A stretch of 25,786 nt of DNA from a virus. Lineage: Duplodnaviria > Caudoviricetes. Below are positions 10,622 to 19,255 of this stretch, one piece after another. Every line of letters begins with the position of its first letter. Within the stretch, counting starts at the first letter, position 1. The notes under the pieces were generated by a model. That model was given only the letters and a program-made list of their open reading frames with translations, was not told the DNA's origin and did no database searches. The position numbers and the translations under genes are program-made. The stretch is taken from the IMG/VR virus record IMGVR_UViG_3300025018_000495, positions 1-25,786 of that record; one strand, 5' to 3'.

Positions 10622-13600
10622 TGCCCGACAAGGTCCGAGGCCAGTGGGGCACCGTCACCTTCGCAATCCCTGATTACCTTGAAGGGATCAGGGATGCCGT
10701 CAACAATTTCGCCGAGGTGCTGGTCGCCCTGTTGGAGGTGGCCAATCTCGCGTTGGAGTTCGCCAAGGCGTTCATCAAGGGATTCATCGATCCGCTGTCC
10801 AGCATCATCGAGGTCATCGTCGCGGAAGTCAGTGCCATCCTTAGAGATTTGAGACAGATCGGTTTCTACCTCACGGGGGACTGGGCGCTACTGGGATGGC
10901 CTCCAGAGGATCTCCGAGGTGGCTACCTCGCCTACGAGCGGAGGATGATCGCTCGTCTCACGGACCGCACGGACCCGACCCGGCCAGATTTCTCGGGTCA
11001 GACGAAGGTGGCGGGCTTCTTCTGCTACCTGTCGGTAGACCCTTCGGACTTCGAGAGGCTGATCAATTTCATCATCACTTTACTCAAGATGTTCGGGGTG
11101 AGCTTCTTCCCTGACACGAGTCGGATGCCTATCCCGACCATCAAGGACACTTTGTACGGCACAGGAGCTGTGTCGATGCAGACGCCTTTCCAGTTCCAGG
11201 GACTCAGTGCTTCACTGAAGGCAGGGGGAGGGGCTCCCCCGAGCCAATGCCGGGTCACCTGGACGACTCAGCCGGCTTCGCAGAAGAGCCCTTTCAATCC
11301 GTTTCCCACCCTCGGCCCCTCGGGCTACCTGGTGACCGTCTCGACCCTGGAGCAGGGACTCGCACTGAAATACGGCCGACCCAAACAGAACACAGACAAC
11401 AAGCCGGCGGATGGGGATGCCAGCAAGCAGGTGCAGCCACGGGAGTACGGTCCTGTGCTGGGGATGGATCATCAGTCCATCGTGCTGCATGGTGGCGCGG
11501 AGATGCTGTCGTTCAACGGGTCCGGCCTGGAGTACAACAAGAACATCGACTCGGGCACCCAGGCCGTTAAGGACAGTGCCTGCCAGGTGTACGGAATGTT
11601 GGACCCTGCCTCGAATGTGGTGGTGCCCTTGGAGCTACTGCTCCGTGATGGGGCCTCACCTCCTTCAGCGCTGGGGGTGCCTGGTGATGGCAAGGGACAC
11701 CTGTTCCGTTTCCAGCGGACATTCCTCATTAAGTCCGACGTAGCTCTGGCCCAGTGGTTCGCTGGGGAGTATGGAACCGTGTTGGCTCTGGAGGACATGC
11801 CCTATGACTCTCGGTTCGAGAGGGTCAATGGGGAGATCCTTCCTGTGGCTGGACTGGTCGAGGGTCCAGCGGTGAACTACTACGTTCGAGTCTGGGCAGT
11901 GGGCAAAGAGATCGCTACGGGCAAGAAGCTGCCACAGTGGGATTTCACGGCCACCGCCGTGAAGAACCAGGCAGCCACCTCGGGTGAGCCCTTTGTCGTC
12001 AACATGAAGTCGGGGGAGGCGGCCGTCGGGATGCCTTCGGCCCCACGGAAGATCACCTTCGCCAATGCCAACACCCAGGACTACCTGGTTGCTTTGCAGA
12101 CGGCACTGCTGATCCTGGTCCTGAGTCGGGCGGACCTGCCGTTGCTGGACGAGTTGGGTCAGAAGTCCGAGTCGGTGGCTCAGGGCTACAAGGACGGCAA
12201 GTGGGCCGGGAACCAGTTTGCTCTTCAAGCAACGGGTCTGGAGAACTCCCGAGCACTACTTCGCACGATGTTCCCCGACCTATCCGTTCTGGAGAGGCCA
12301 AGTCAGTCGCCTCAGCAATGGCGGTCGGAACTGTACAGTCAGATCCAGCAGATGGCTCTCAACATCTATGAGAAGACTGGCCCGATGCCACGGGCTGAAA
12401 AGGCTGTGGTCGAGGCCACCGAGGCTTTGCGGACAGTGGATTGGTACACGCTGTTGGGGGTGCAGGACACCCTGATTCAGCGGGACTACGAGAGCGCTGT
12501 GACGTCCCTCGGTCAGAACCCACGGTTGCCTTTGTTCCAGGCATTGGACCCGGACAAGATGATCACCGGGATGTCTGAGTTCGGACTGGCTCCAAACGTG
12601 TTGTCCATGGGAATCAGTGCTGGTGCCGCCGAGGAGCTGTTCTTCCCCAACCCTTCCCTGACCGCAGCCGGGCTGTCAGAGCTACAAGTCCTTCGCCTGC
12701 GGGAAGGGGAGTATGTCGAGTGGGCTGGTGGCGGTGGGCTGGAGATTGTGTACTCCCAGGAGAACCCACTCGTAGTGAAGCTGAAAAAGCGGCTTGCTCC
12801 TCGGTCTCTGGAGATCATCTACGACAAGTTCACGGACAAAGAGGGCAAACTGCTGATCCCACATGAGTGGCAGGTCTACCTGAAGGAGATGAGTCAGCGG
12901 GCCAAGGGTCGAGTCTCCACCTCGGGGGACATGACTCCGGTGTTCTACTCTGGGGCTACGGAGCTGATTGCCTACAACAAGGGTGGATCTTCACTGGGGG
13001 CCGTCATCTACCTGAGGGGGTTGTTTCGTGAGTACCAGGAAGGGGTGCTCTACAAGCAGGCCGCCATTGCCCTGGACATTGCTTCGGCGGCATTCACGCG
13101 GTCCCCACAGGATGGGGAGTGGATCGCGTTGCGGTTGTTCGACAGTTTTCCCGAGTTGGAGGGGTTCCTCAACGGTTTGGAGAACTGGGTCCTTGCGTTG
13201 TCCGAAGCCACTCAGTCGATGGCGGACACCATCGTCAAGTACATTGGGTTCTTGCAGGGCGTCATCACGGACCTCCAGCAGCTCATCCGGCGCATCAACT
13301 CCCTCATCCAGTCGCTCCTGAGTTTCAGCTTTGCCCTGCCTGAGTTCAGTGGGTTGGTGGTGCTCTCCGATGGAACGGATGGTCTGGTGTCTGACCTGGT
13401 GTCCGCACAGAACAAGCCCTCGGACGTGCCACGGTCCTATGGGGGAGGAATCGCTCTGGCGGTTCCTTTCGGCCCCTCGTTCATTTTTGACCTTATCGAC
13501 TTGGCTGGTGGGCAAGAGCCGAATCCTGGGGCAATGACCACGTTGGTTCGGGCTCCTGATGCCATTGGCATCGAGCAGGTTCAACCTGCTGTTGGTGCAG

Positions 13601-13629
13601 CCCCAACGAACGAGCCAGATGTGCTGTAG
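10621..13629 (+). CDS. Hypothetical protein (1002 aa) with amphipathic helical N- and C-terminal regions and a central FN3-like domain; probably structural
   Basis: Long ORF coupled by TGATG and ending in TAG. Amphipathic helices at both ends (FAEVLVALLEVANLALEFAKAFIKGF...; IVKYIGFLQGVITDLQQLIRRINSLIQSLL). FN3-like strands CRVTW / GYLVTV / YYVRVWAV in the middle. No family recognised. Confidence 0.75.
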   Translation: MPDKVRGQWGTVTFAIPDYLEGIRDAVNNFAEVLVALLEVANLALEFAKAFIKGFIDPLSSIIEVIVAEVSAILRDLRQIGFYLTGDWALLGWPPEDLRGGYLAYERRMIARLTDRTDPTRPDFSGQTKVAGFFCYLSVDPSDFERLINFIITLLKMFGVSFFPDTSRMPIPTIKDTLYGTGAVSMQTPFQFQGLSASLKAGGGAPPSQCRVTWTTQPASQKSPFNPFPTLGPSGYLVTVSTLEQGLALKYGRPKQNTDNKPADGDASKQVQPREYGPVLGMDHQSIVLHGGAEMLSFNGSGLEYNKNIDSGTQAVKDSACQVYGMLDPASNVVVPLELLLRDGASPPSALGVPGDGKGHLFRFQRTFLIKSDVALAQWFAGEYGTVLALEDMPYDSRFERVNGEILPVAGLVEGPAVNYYVRVWAVGKEIATGKKLPQWDFTATAVKNQAATSGEPFVVNMKSGEAAVGMPSAPRKITFANANTQDYLVALQTALLILVLSRADLPLLDELGQKSESVAQGYKDGKWAGNQFALQATGLENSRALLRTMFPDLSVLERPSQSPQQWRSELYSQIQQMALNIYEKTGPMPRAEKAVVEATEALRTVDWYTLLGVQDTLIQRDYESAVTSLGQNPRLPLFQALDPDKMITGMSEFGLAPNVLSMGISAGAAEELFFPNPSLTAAGLSELQVLRLREGEYVEWAGGGGLEIVYSQENPLVVKLKKRLAPRSLEIIYDKFTDKEGKLLIPHEWQVYLKEMSQRAKGRVSTSGDMTPVFYSGATELIAYNKGGSSLGAVIYLRGLFREYQEGVLYKQAAIALDIASAAFTRSPQDGEWIALRLFDSFPELEGFLNGLENWVLALSEATQSMADTIVKYIGFLQGVITDLQQLIRRINSLIQSLLSFSFALPEFSGLVVLSDGTDGLVSDLVSAQNKPSDVPRSYGGGIALAVPFGPSFIFDLIDLAGGQEPNPGAMTTLVRAPDAIGIEQVQPAVGAAPTNEPDVL

Positions 13630-13634
13630 GAGGT
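13628..13634 (+). promoter_or_regulatory. Shine-Dalgarno site AGGAGGT for the gene at 13640
   Basis: Perfect AGGAGGT overlapping the upstream TAG, 5 nt before the GTG at 13640. Confidence 0.85.
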
Positions 13635-13639
13635 AGGTT

Positions 13640-14542
13640 GTGCCATCGTTCAGCAAAAGCAGTGTGTTCTCAGTGGGTTATTTCCGGGCCATCACGCAGT
13701 GGCTCCTTCGGGAGCGCCGTGATGTAGTGGCTCGGATTGCCACGCTGACAGCGGAGATGACTCGTATTGGGTTCGTGACCATCGACTACGCCAAGGTCGA
13801 TGAGGGTGCGAGTTCCAAGGCGACCTACCGTCGGACAGGGTTCAAGGTGACGGCAGGGTCTAGTCTTTGCCGACTGGTGCAGGCATACATCGCGACAGGA
13901 GGCAACCCGCTCAACATCTGTGGGTTCTTGCACCCGGACACCTCGGGGATGTCACCCGAGGAGGGTGGCTCCGTGGCTGTCCAGCAGGCCTATCCTGGCG
14001 GTGGTGCTCCCGGGGCGAAGTCGGTGCAGTACAACGATCCATTGCCGGAGTCGGCTGAGGACGGTAGCAACTACCCTAAAATGACTGGCTACGAGGGCTA
14101 TCGAGGCGGGATGATCGATCATCCTGGCTACATTCCCGGCCGAATGGGTGGGCGTCTGGACCGAGGAGCTTGGGACAACAGCACAGTGACTCGGGTGATG
14201 CACGACACCCGGAAGTGGGCGAACAAGGAGATCAAGTCCCGGCTACAGGACAAAGAGTGGCAGATCATCAAGCTCTCGGACTGTTGGGAGCAACTTCGTC
14301 TCGAACGGCAAGAGACGTTGATGGAGGCCTTCGGAGGGTTGCTGGTGGACATGCCCTCCCGAGACGATGCCAAGTTTGACCCCAACCGGCTGGTGCAGGT
14401 GGTGATCGCCGAGATGTACGGCCTGCTCTACGACGTGGGTGACTCGGGTCTCCCCACAGGGTTCAAGCCGAGCCCCACGCTGGGATTCTTGCGGTTCGCG
14501 CTGGAGGATGAGCCTGGTGATGGCATGGGGCTGATGGGCTGA
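13640..14542 (+). CDS. Hypothetical protein (300 aa)
   Basis: GTG start with a strong RBS, co-oriented in the operon. Helical N- and C-terminal parts flank a Gly/Pro/Tyr-rich middle (GYEGYRGGMIDHPGYIPGRMGG). No family recognised. Confidence 0.8.
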   Translation: MPSFSKSSVFSVGYFRAITQWLLRERRDVVARIATLTAEMTRIGFVTIDYAKVDEGASSKATYRRTGFKVTAGSSLCRLVQAYIATGGNPLNICGFLHPDTSGMSPEEGGSVAVQQAYPGGGAPGAKSVQYNDPLPESAEDGSNYPKMTGYEGYRGGMIDHPGYIPGRMGGRLDRGAWDNSTVTRVMHDTRKWANKEIKSRLQDKEWQIIKLSDCWEQLRLERQETLMEAFGGLLVDMPSRDDAKFDPNRLVQVVIAEMYGLLYDVGDSGLPTGFKPSPTLGFLRFALEDEPGDGMGLMG

Positions 14543-14546
14543 CGGT

Positions 14547-14565
14547 TTCGGGCCTATACCCCGAA
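14547..14565 (+). promoter_or_regulatory. Short intergenic hairpin (TTCGGG-cctatac-CCCGAA); candidate promoter or RNA structure element
   Basis: Perfect 6-bp inverted repeat with a 7-nt loop in the only sizeable intergenic gap (14543-14588). It has no U-tract and is followed by GAGGAG (14579-14584) before the ATG at 14589. Function is unproven. Confidence 0.35.
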
Positions 14566-14588
14566 GAATAAGAGGACCGAGGAGAGCG

Positions 14589-15764
14589 ATGTCCATCGAG
14601 TTCCAACTTGCCTGGCCATGCCCCCACCTAACGGTGGAGGAAGTGGTGCCCTTGGGGGAGGACCGTAGGTCTCTTGACCCTCGGCAGCCTATTGCCGCCC
14701 TTGGTCAGGTGCGTGTGCTGGCCAACGATGATTTCCTCATCCCTCGTCAGGGGGTCTACTCGGCAGCGGTGCTGTCTAGCTCGGTGTCAGGACCTTTTGA
14801 CATCATCCCGAACGAGAGCATTTTCACGGTCGAGACGACCGGGGGTTCCGAGACACTGGACTTTGGGAACCGAGTTCTCATCCGGTTGACGACAGACCAG
14901 GTGATTCGCCGAGTACAGATCGCAGGCTGGACCCACGTTGAAGTCCGTAACGACAATGGATACCTGGTGTTGGTGGACCCCAACACCGTTGGTCCGTTGG
15001 CCTTCGTGAAAGTGACAGGGTCGGCGACCGGGGGCTTGGGTTTCGGTCAACCGGGCCTCTCCGACCGACCGTGGGCGGCCTACGGTCGTGAGGTCTACCC
15101 CGGATGGGACCTGTACCTCCGCCCGGATACCATCACCAATCAGTTTGTTCGATTCCGCAAGCCCATCCGGTCCAACCCGATGCTCAAGGTGACCTACTCG
15201 GTCCCAGTGCAGCGGTGCCTGCGGTGCCAAGCCAGCTTCATCGAGAACGACTACCGGTTCGATGAGAGCGGCAACATGATCATCATCCAGAATGAGGACC
15301 TGCTCTACCAGGCGGCCCTCAAGATTCTGCTGACAGATCGTGGGTCCAACCCGTTCTATCCTTGGTACGGCACCACGCTGCGGCAGCGTATCGGAACCAA
15401 GGCTCTCTCGGGCGTGGCTTCAGTGCTGAGCGAGGATGTGCGGAAAGCACTGGGCCAGTTGCAGTCCCTTCAGGCTGACCAGGCCAAGTACCAGCAGATG
15501 TCGTTCAAGGAACGGCTCTACGCTGTGCTCGCTGTCAACGTGAAACGACACGCTCAAGACCCGACGACCTACCTCATTGAGGTGTCGGTCCAGAACTCCT
15601 CGGGGCAGCCCATCGAGTTGAACATCGTGTTCTCGGTTCCTGAAGTTGTCGCCCTGATGGGGCGTAATGGTCTGATGCTCGGCACGGAAGCTGCGGGGCT
15701 GGGGACAGAGCAACTGTGGGGCCTTGCGGTGAATGACCGCAACCGCCTGACCGGAGGCCAGTGA
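14589..15764 (+). CDS. Baseplate wedge / sheath-initiator protein, gp25/gpW-like domain with long N-terminal extension (391 aa)
   Basis: The C-terminal region IQNEDLLYQAALKILLTDRGSNPFYPWYGTTLRQRIG...YLIEVSV fits the T4 gp25/P2 gpW pattern (IL-T-x-x-G...P-x-[YF]-G-x-x-L). The gene lies directly upstream of a gpJ-like gene, as in the P2 W-J-I order. Confidence 0.8.
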   Translation: MSIEFQLAWPCPHLTVEEVVPLGEDRRSLDPRQPIAALGQVRVLANDDFLIPRQGVYSAAVLSSSVSGPFDIIPNESIFTVETTGGSETLDFGNRVLIRLTTDQVIRRVQIAGWTHVEVRNDNGYLVLVDPNTVGPLAFVKVTGSATGGLGFGQPGLSDRPWAAYGREVYPGWDLYLRPDTITNQFVRFRKPIRSNPMLKVTYSVPVQRCLRCQASFIENDYRFDESGNMIIIQNEDLLYQAALKILLTDRGSNPFYPWYGTTLRQRIGTKALSGVASVLSEDVRKALGQLQSLQADQAKYQQMSFKERLYAVLAVNVKRHAQDPTTYLIEVSVQNSSGQPIELNIVFSVPEVVALMGRNGLMLGTEAAGLGTEQLWGLAVNDRNRLTGGQ

Positions 15765-18700
15765 TGGCGAGTTACCCCCAGTTCAATGCTCCCGATAACG
15801 TCCTGCGGCAGAACTACGTTCTGTCCACCACGCTCTCGCAGCAGTTTTTCACAGGGACGACGCCAGCGGACACAGCGGACATGCAGGTGTCTATCCGTGG
15901 TGGGGCCTTCACCAGTGACTCCGACCTCATCACCTTCGAGGGGACGACGTTCACGGTCCCCAACCCATCCGCGTACCCGGACGGGCTCCAGCTTCTTGCG
16001 GGCAGCAACAACATCCGGGTGAAAGCCATCCTCACGAATGGTTCCGCCACGCAGTTGGCGGTCCTGGAGGCCAACCTCTCAACCGAGGCCGACATCGGGG
16101 CCTTGGTTGCAGGTCCAACCGGGATTTATCTGGAGCGATTCAACGCAACCGTCAAAGTCACGGCTGAGGGCATCGAGAACAATGAGAATGTGGTCGGCTA
16201 CCACTTCTATGCCAGCCCCCAGCCCGGCGGCGGGGACGTGGGCTACTACAGGCTCAACCCTTCGATGGTCATCTCTGGTGAGGTGGTGGAGGCAGAGACT
16301 GACCTGGCCTCCATGGTCGTGGACAGCAACGTCATCCTCGATTCCGAAGGGTTCCATGCGGCTGACCCCATGTACTTCCGTATGCGGGGGTCACAGGAAG
16401 ACCGGAACGATGTCGAGTTGGGTGTCAGCTTCGACGAGCTGCTGAACATCCCTGAGACGACCGACCGGCTCCGGGTGGAGACCACCATCAAGAGTGTACG
16501 GGAGACCCGCAGATACACTTTCGAGCATGACCGCCAGGCCACGCTGAGCAGCACCTACCCGGCTCTGCCCCACACAGAGTTGTCCACGGTGCCCGAGAAT
16601 GCACCACTCTACTACGTCGTTACGGCCGTCCATCTCATCGACGGGGTGGAGTACGAGAGCTTTTTTTCCCCTGAGGTGGTCGGGGCACCGTTGCGGATCA
16701 TGCCCACGGTGGGTTCCTTCCCCCAGGTGACTCGGCAGCAGATGGTCCGCAAGGCTGTGTTGTCCATCTACAGGAGCCAGCCACAGGTGCGTGTGGACCC
16801 TGGGTCGGCTTTGCGGGATACGTTCCTTGACCCTTTCGCCACCGAGGCCGACCGGATTCGGTTCATCGTCGATTTCCTGCACAACGCCCAGAGCTTTGCC
16901 ACCCTGCTTCTCATCGACGACCCCACGTTGTCGGGTTTCTCTGTAGCGGTGAGCCAGTCGAGCTACAAGACAGCTCTGCGAGAGGCTTTTCACCTGACGA
17001 GCGATGATCAAGTACAGACGATCATCGACAATGCCTTCGACAAGCTCGCTAGCAACCACGGGGTGATCCGAGAGGGTGGGAAGCGAGCCCGTGGTGAGGT
17101 GACGTTCTACGTCGTGGACAAGCCGACGACATCCATCACCAAGAGCATCGGTACACTCCTCTCGGCAGGGCAGGCCACGTTCCGCACGACGTCCACGGCA
17201 CTGATCTCCCCCACGGGAGTCGGTCGGAACTACAACCCTAAGACAGGTCGCTACATCGGCCGTGCGTTCATCCAGGCTGACTTTGCGGGCTCCGCAGGGA
17301 ACCTGGCGGGTGGGCAGATCACCGTCATCCGCAACAACGACCTCAACGTCCGGGTCACGAATGAGTCCCCGACCTTCGGAGGTACGGACCGGGAGTCCAA
17401 TCGTGACCTCGCCCTGCGGGCTCTGCGAGTCCTGGCCTCTGTAGACTCCGGGACCCTTCAAGGCTACGTCAACAATGCCACGGGCACCCCTGGCGTCGCC
17501 CAGGTGAGCGTCATCCATGCAGGTCATCGCCTGATGATGCGTGACCGGAATGAGGCTGGGAGGCACCTTGGCGGCAAGGTGGACATCTGGTCTCGGGGTG
17601 AGTCCCAGGCTCGGGTGACAGACGTTTTCGCTTTCGCCTTCGAGACACGAGACCATCAGCAGTTCGAGCCGGTCGGGGACTTGGCTACGTTGCGGTTCCG
17701 GGCCATAGACCCAGCACTGAGTGCAGACAACCCGCTCATCGAGATGCTCGACCTACCCACGCTCGACCTGGTGTTTGAGAACATCACCAAAAGTCTTCTG
17801 TTCGACCTGACCGACGTGGAGTACGTCGCCTACAACGAGATCCAGCTCTCGACGGACTACAACGACCCCACCGTTCATGCTCTAACCGATGAGTTCCGGG
17901 GTAGTTACCGCTACCGGACGAGCAACAAGTTCGTGCTCACCCGGCAGCCGGTCATCTCGGTGTCTCGGTTCGAGGGGGAGCAGACAGGTCTTCTTGCAGA
18001 GGGCCTCTACGACCTCTACCGAGCTTCGGACCCCTTGGTGCTGGGGCGCTCCACAATGGCCGGGGACTATGTGCAGGTGACGGAACCACTGACCAGTGGG
18101 GCCACCATCCCGTCATCAACACCTCTGACGGTGACAGGGGAGAGCCACTCGATACTCACTGGCATTGAGTACCTTGACAACCTCGGGGCCAACCACCTGA
18201 CGGTGCGTGTCTGGAACTTCGACCGAACCATTGAGTACAACGGTCCTCTCTCGACGGACCCCCAGCGGGATTTCACCATCATCTATGGTGATGAGACTAC
18301 TCCTCTGGGCATCCAGATTACGGATGCCAGCCGCATCGTCGAGGGGCAGACGGTCCTCGTGGACTACTCCCACGACGAGAACTTCATCGTGGAGTATCTT
18401 GCCAACGCGGTTGTCGCAGCCGTGCAGGACACTGTTGACAACGAGTCTCACATCACAGCGGATGTCATCGCGAAGTGGGCTGTGGAGGTCCCAGTGGACC
18501 TCTCGGCTACCATCGTCCTCCAGCCCAACACCAATGAACGGACTGTGGATAGCAACGTCCGCACGGCACTGGCTCGGTTGTTCGGGAACTTCGGGCTGGG
18601 CATCCCGGTTCGCCAGTCGGATGTAATTCGTGTCCTTGATGCGGTGACAGGGGTGGATTATGTGGTGACCCCGTTGACCAAGATGGTCCGTGGTGACTCC

Positions 18701-19255
18701 GCCCAAGTCGTCCGTGAGGTCATCACCACGGACACTGACGGGGATTCTTTCCGTGTGGCAGGGTGGTCTTCGGCCACTACTAACGTGTACCTCCTCCTCA
18801 ATGCCCTGGATGCAGCCACCTCCAATGCCGGTGGTGAGCGCAAGGATTTCCGGGGTGTGTTCCAAGATGAGGCGGCCCTTGTCCATCAGGAGACCGCACC
18901 GAACAGCAACGGATTCCCGCTCAGGGCTTCCGCTGGTGGTTGCTTCATCATCGGGAAGGATGGCCTGGACATCCCGGGCTACTCGGACAACACGACCATC
19001 GAAGCCAACTACGTTATTCCCAGTGACGTGGACAAGCGGGAGGCAGAGATCCTGCGGATCCGCAAATTGATCACCAGCAATCGAGTCCTGGTGAGTTTCG
19101 TGCCTGGTGGGAGTCCACTGGACACCCCGACACTGCACGACTATGCCGTGACCTACGTCGTGATGGGGGATACAGGGGTCAAGAACATCGAACCTGGTCC
19201 TATCGAGTACCTGGTGCTCGGGAACCTGAACTTCGTGTACGACCAGGTGAGCTGA
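15764..19255 (+). CDS. Baseplate J / gp47-family wedge protein, expanded (1163 aa)
   Basis: Hallmark gpJ segments: DPGSALRD; FDKLASNHGVIREGGKRARGEVTF; GTLLS...FRTT; AGSAGNLAGGQIT; VTNESPTFGGTDRESNRDL; C-terminal GLGIPVRQSDVIRVLDAVTGVDYV; terminal NIEPGPIEYLVLGNLNF. ATG at 15764 (TGATG overlap, GGAGG at 15753-15757) is preferred over GTG at 15761. Confidence 0.92.
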   Translation: MASYPQFNAPDNVLRQNYVLSTTLSQQFFTGTTPADTADMQVSIRGGAFTSDSDLITFEGTTFTVPNPSAYPDGLQLLAGSNNIRVKAILTNGSATQLAVLEANLSTEADIGALVAGPTGIYLERFNATVKVTAEGIENNENVVGYHFYASPQPGGGDVGYYRLNPSMVISGEVVEAETDLASMVVDSNVILDSEGFHAADPMYFRMRGSQEDRNDVELGVSFDELLNIPETTDRLRVETTIKSVRETRRYTFEHDRQATLSSTYPALPHTELSTVPENAPLYYVVTAVHLIDGVEYESFFSPEVVGAPLRIMPTVGSFPQVTRQQMVRKAVLSIYRSQPQVRVDPGSALRDTFLDPFATEADRIRFIVDFLHNAQSFATLLLIDDPTLSGFSVAVSQSSYKTALREAFHLTSDDQVQTIIDNAFDKLASNHGVIREGGKRARGEVTFYVVDKPTTSITKSIGTLLSAGQATFRTTSTALISPTGVGRNYNPKTGRYIGRAFIQADFAGSAGNLAGGQITVIRNNDLNVRVTNESPTFGGTDRESNRDLALRALRVLASVDSGTLQGYVNNATGTPGVAQVSVIHAGHRLMMRDRNEAGRHLGGKVDIWSRGESQARVTDVFAFAFETRDHQQFEPVGDLATLRFRAIDPALSADNPLIEMLDLPTLDLVFENITKSLLFDLTDVEYVAYNEIQLSTDYNDPTVHALTDEFRGSYRYRTSNKFVLTRQPVISVSRFEGEQTGLLAEGLYDLYRASDPLVLGRSTMAGDYVQVTEPLTSGATIPSSTPLTVTGESHSILTGIEYLDNLGANHLTVRVWNFDRTIEYNGPLSTDPQRDFTIIYGDETTPLGIQITDASRIVEGQTVLVDYSHDENFIVEYLANAVVAAVQDTVDNESHITADVIAKWAVEVPVDLSATIVLQPNTNERTVDSNVRTALARLFGNFGLGIPVRQSDVIRVLDAVTGVDYVVTPLTKMVRGDSAQVVREVITTDTDGDSFRVAGWSSATTNVYLLLNALDAATSNAGGERKDFRGVFQDEAALVHQETAPNSNGFPLRASAGGCFIIGKDGLDIPGYSDNTTIEANYVIPSDVDKREAEILRIRKLITSNRVLVSFVPGGSPLDTPTLHDYAVTYVVMGDTGVKNIEPGPIEYLVLGNLNFVYDQVS

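Noticed and set aside
10621-13629. 1002-aa protein as tape measure protein, or the giant ORF as tail sheath or VgrG
   Set aside because: The 1002-aa protein has a long beta/Pro-rich middle unlike an all-helical tape measure. I could not find sheath or VgrG/gp5 signature segments in the giant. Both are left unassigned pending profile searches.
14547-14565. Intergenic hairpin as a rho-independent terminator
   Set aside because: The stem is only 6 bp and is followed by GAATAAGAGG rather than a U-tract on the coding strand.
16661-16667. T7 run in the J-like gene, and G7 runs at 1013-1019 and 25086-25092, as frameshift or phase-variation sites
   Set aside because: The runs are short and the reading frames are intact through them. 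The T7 run is not phased as an X XXY YYZ slippery heptamer.
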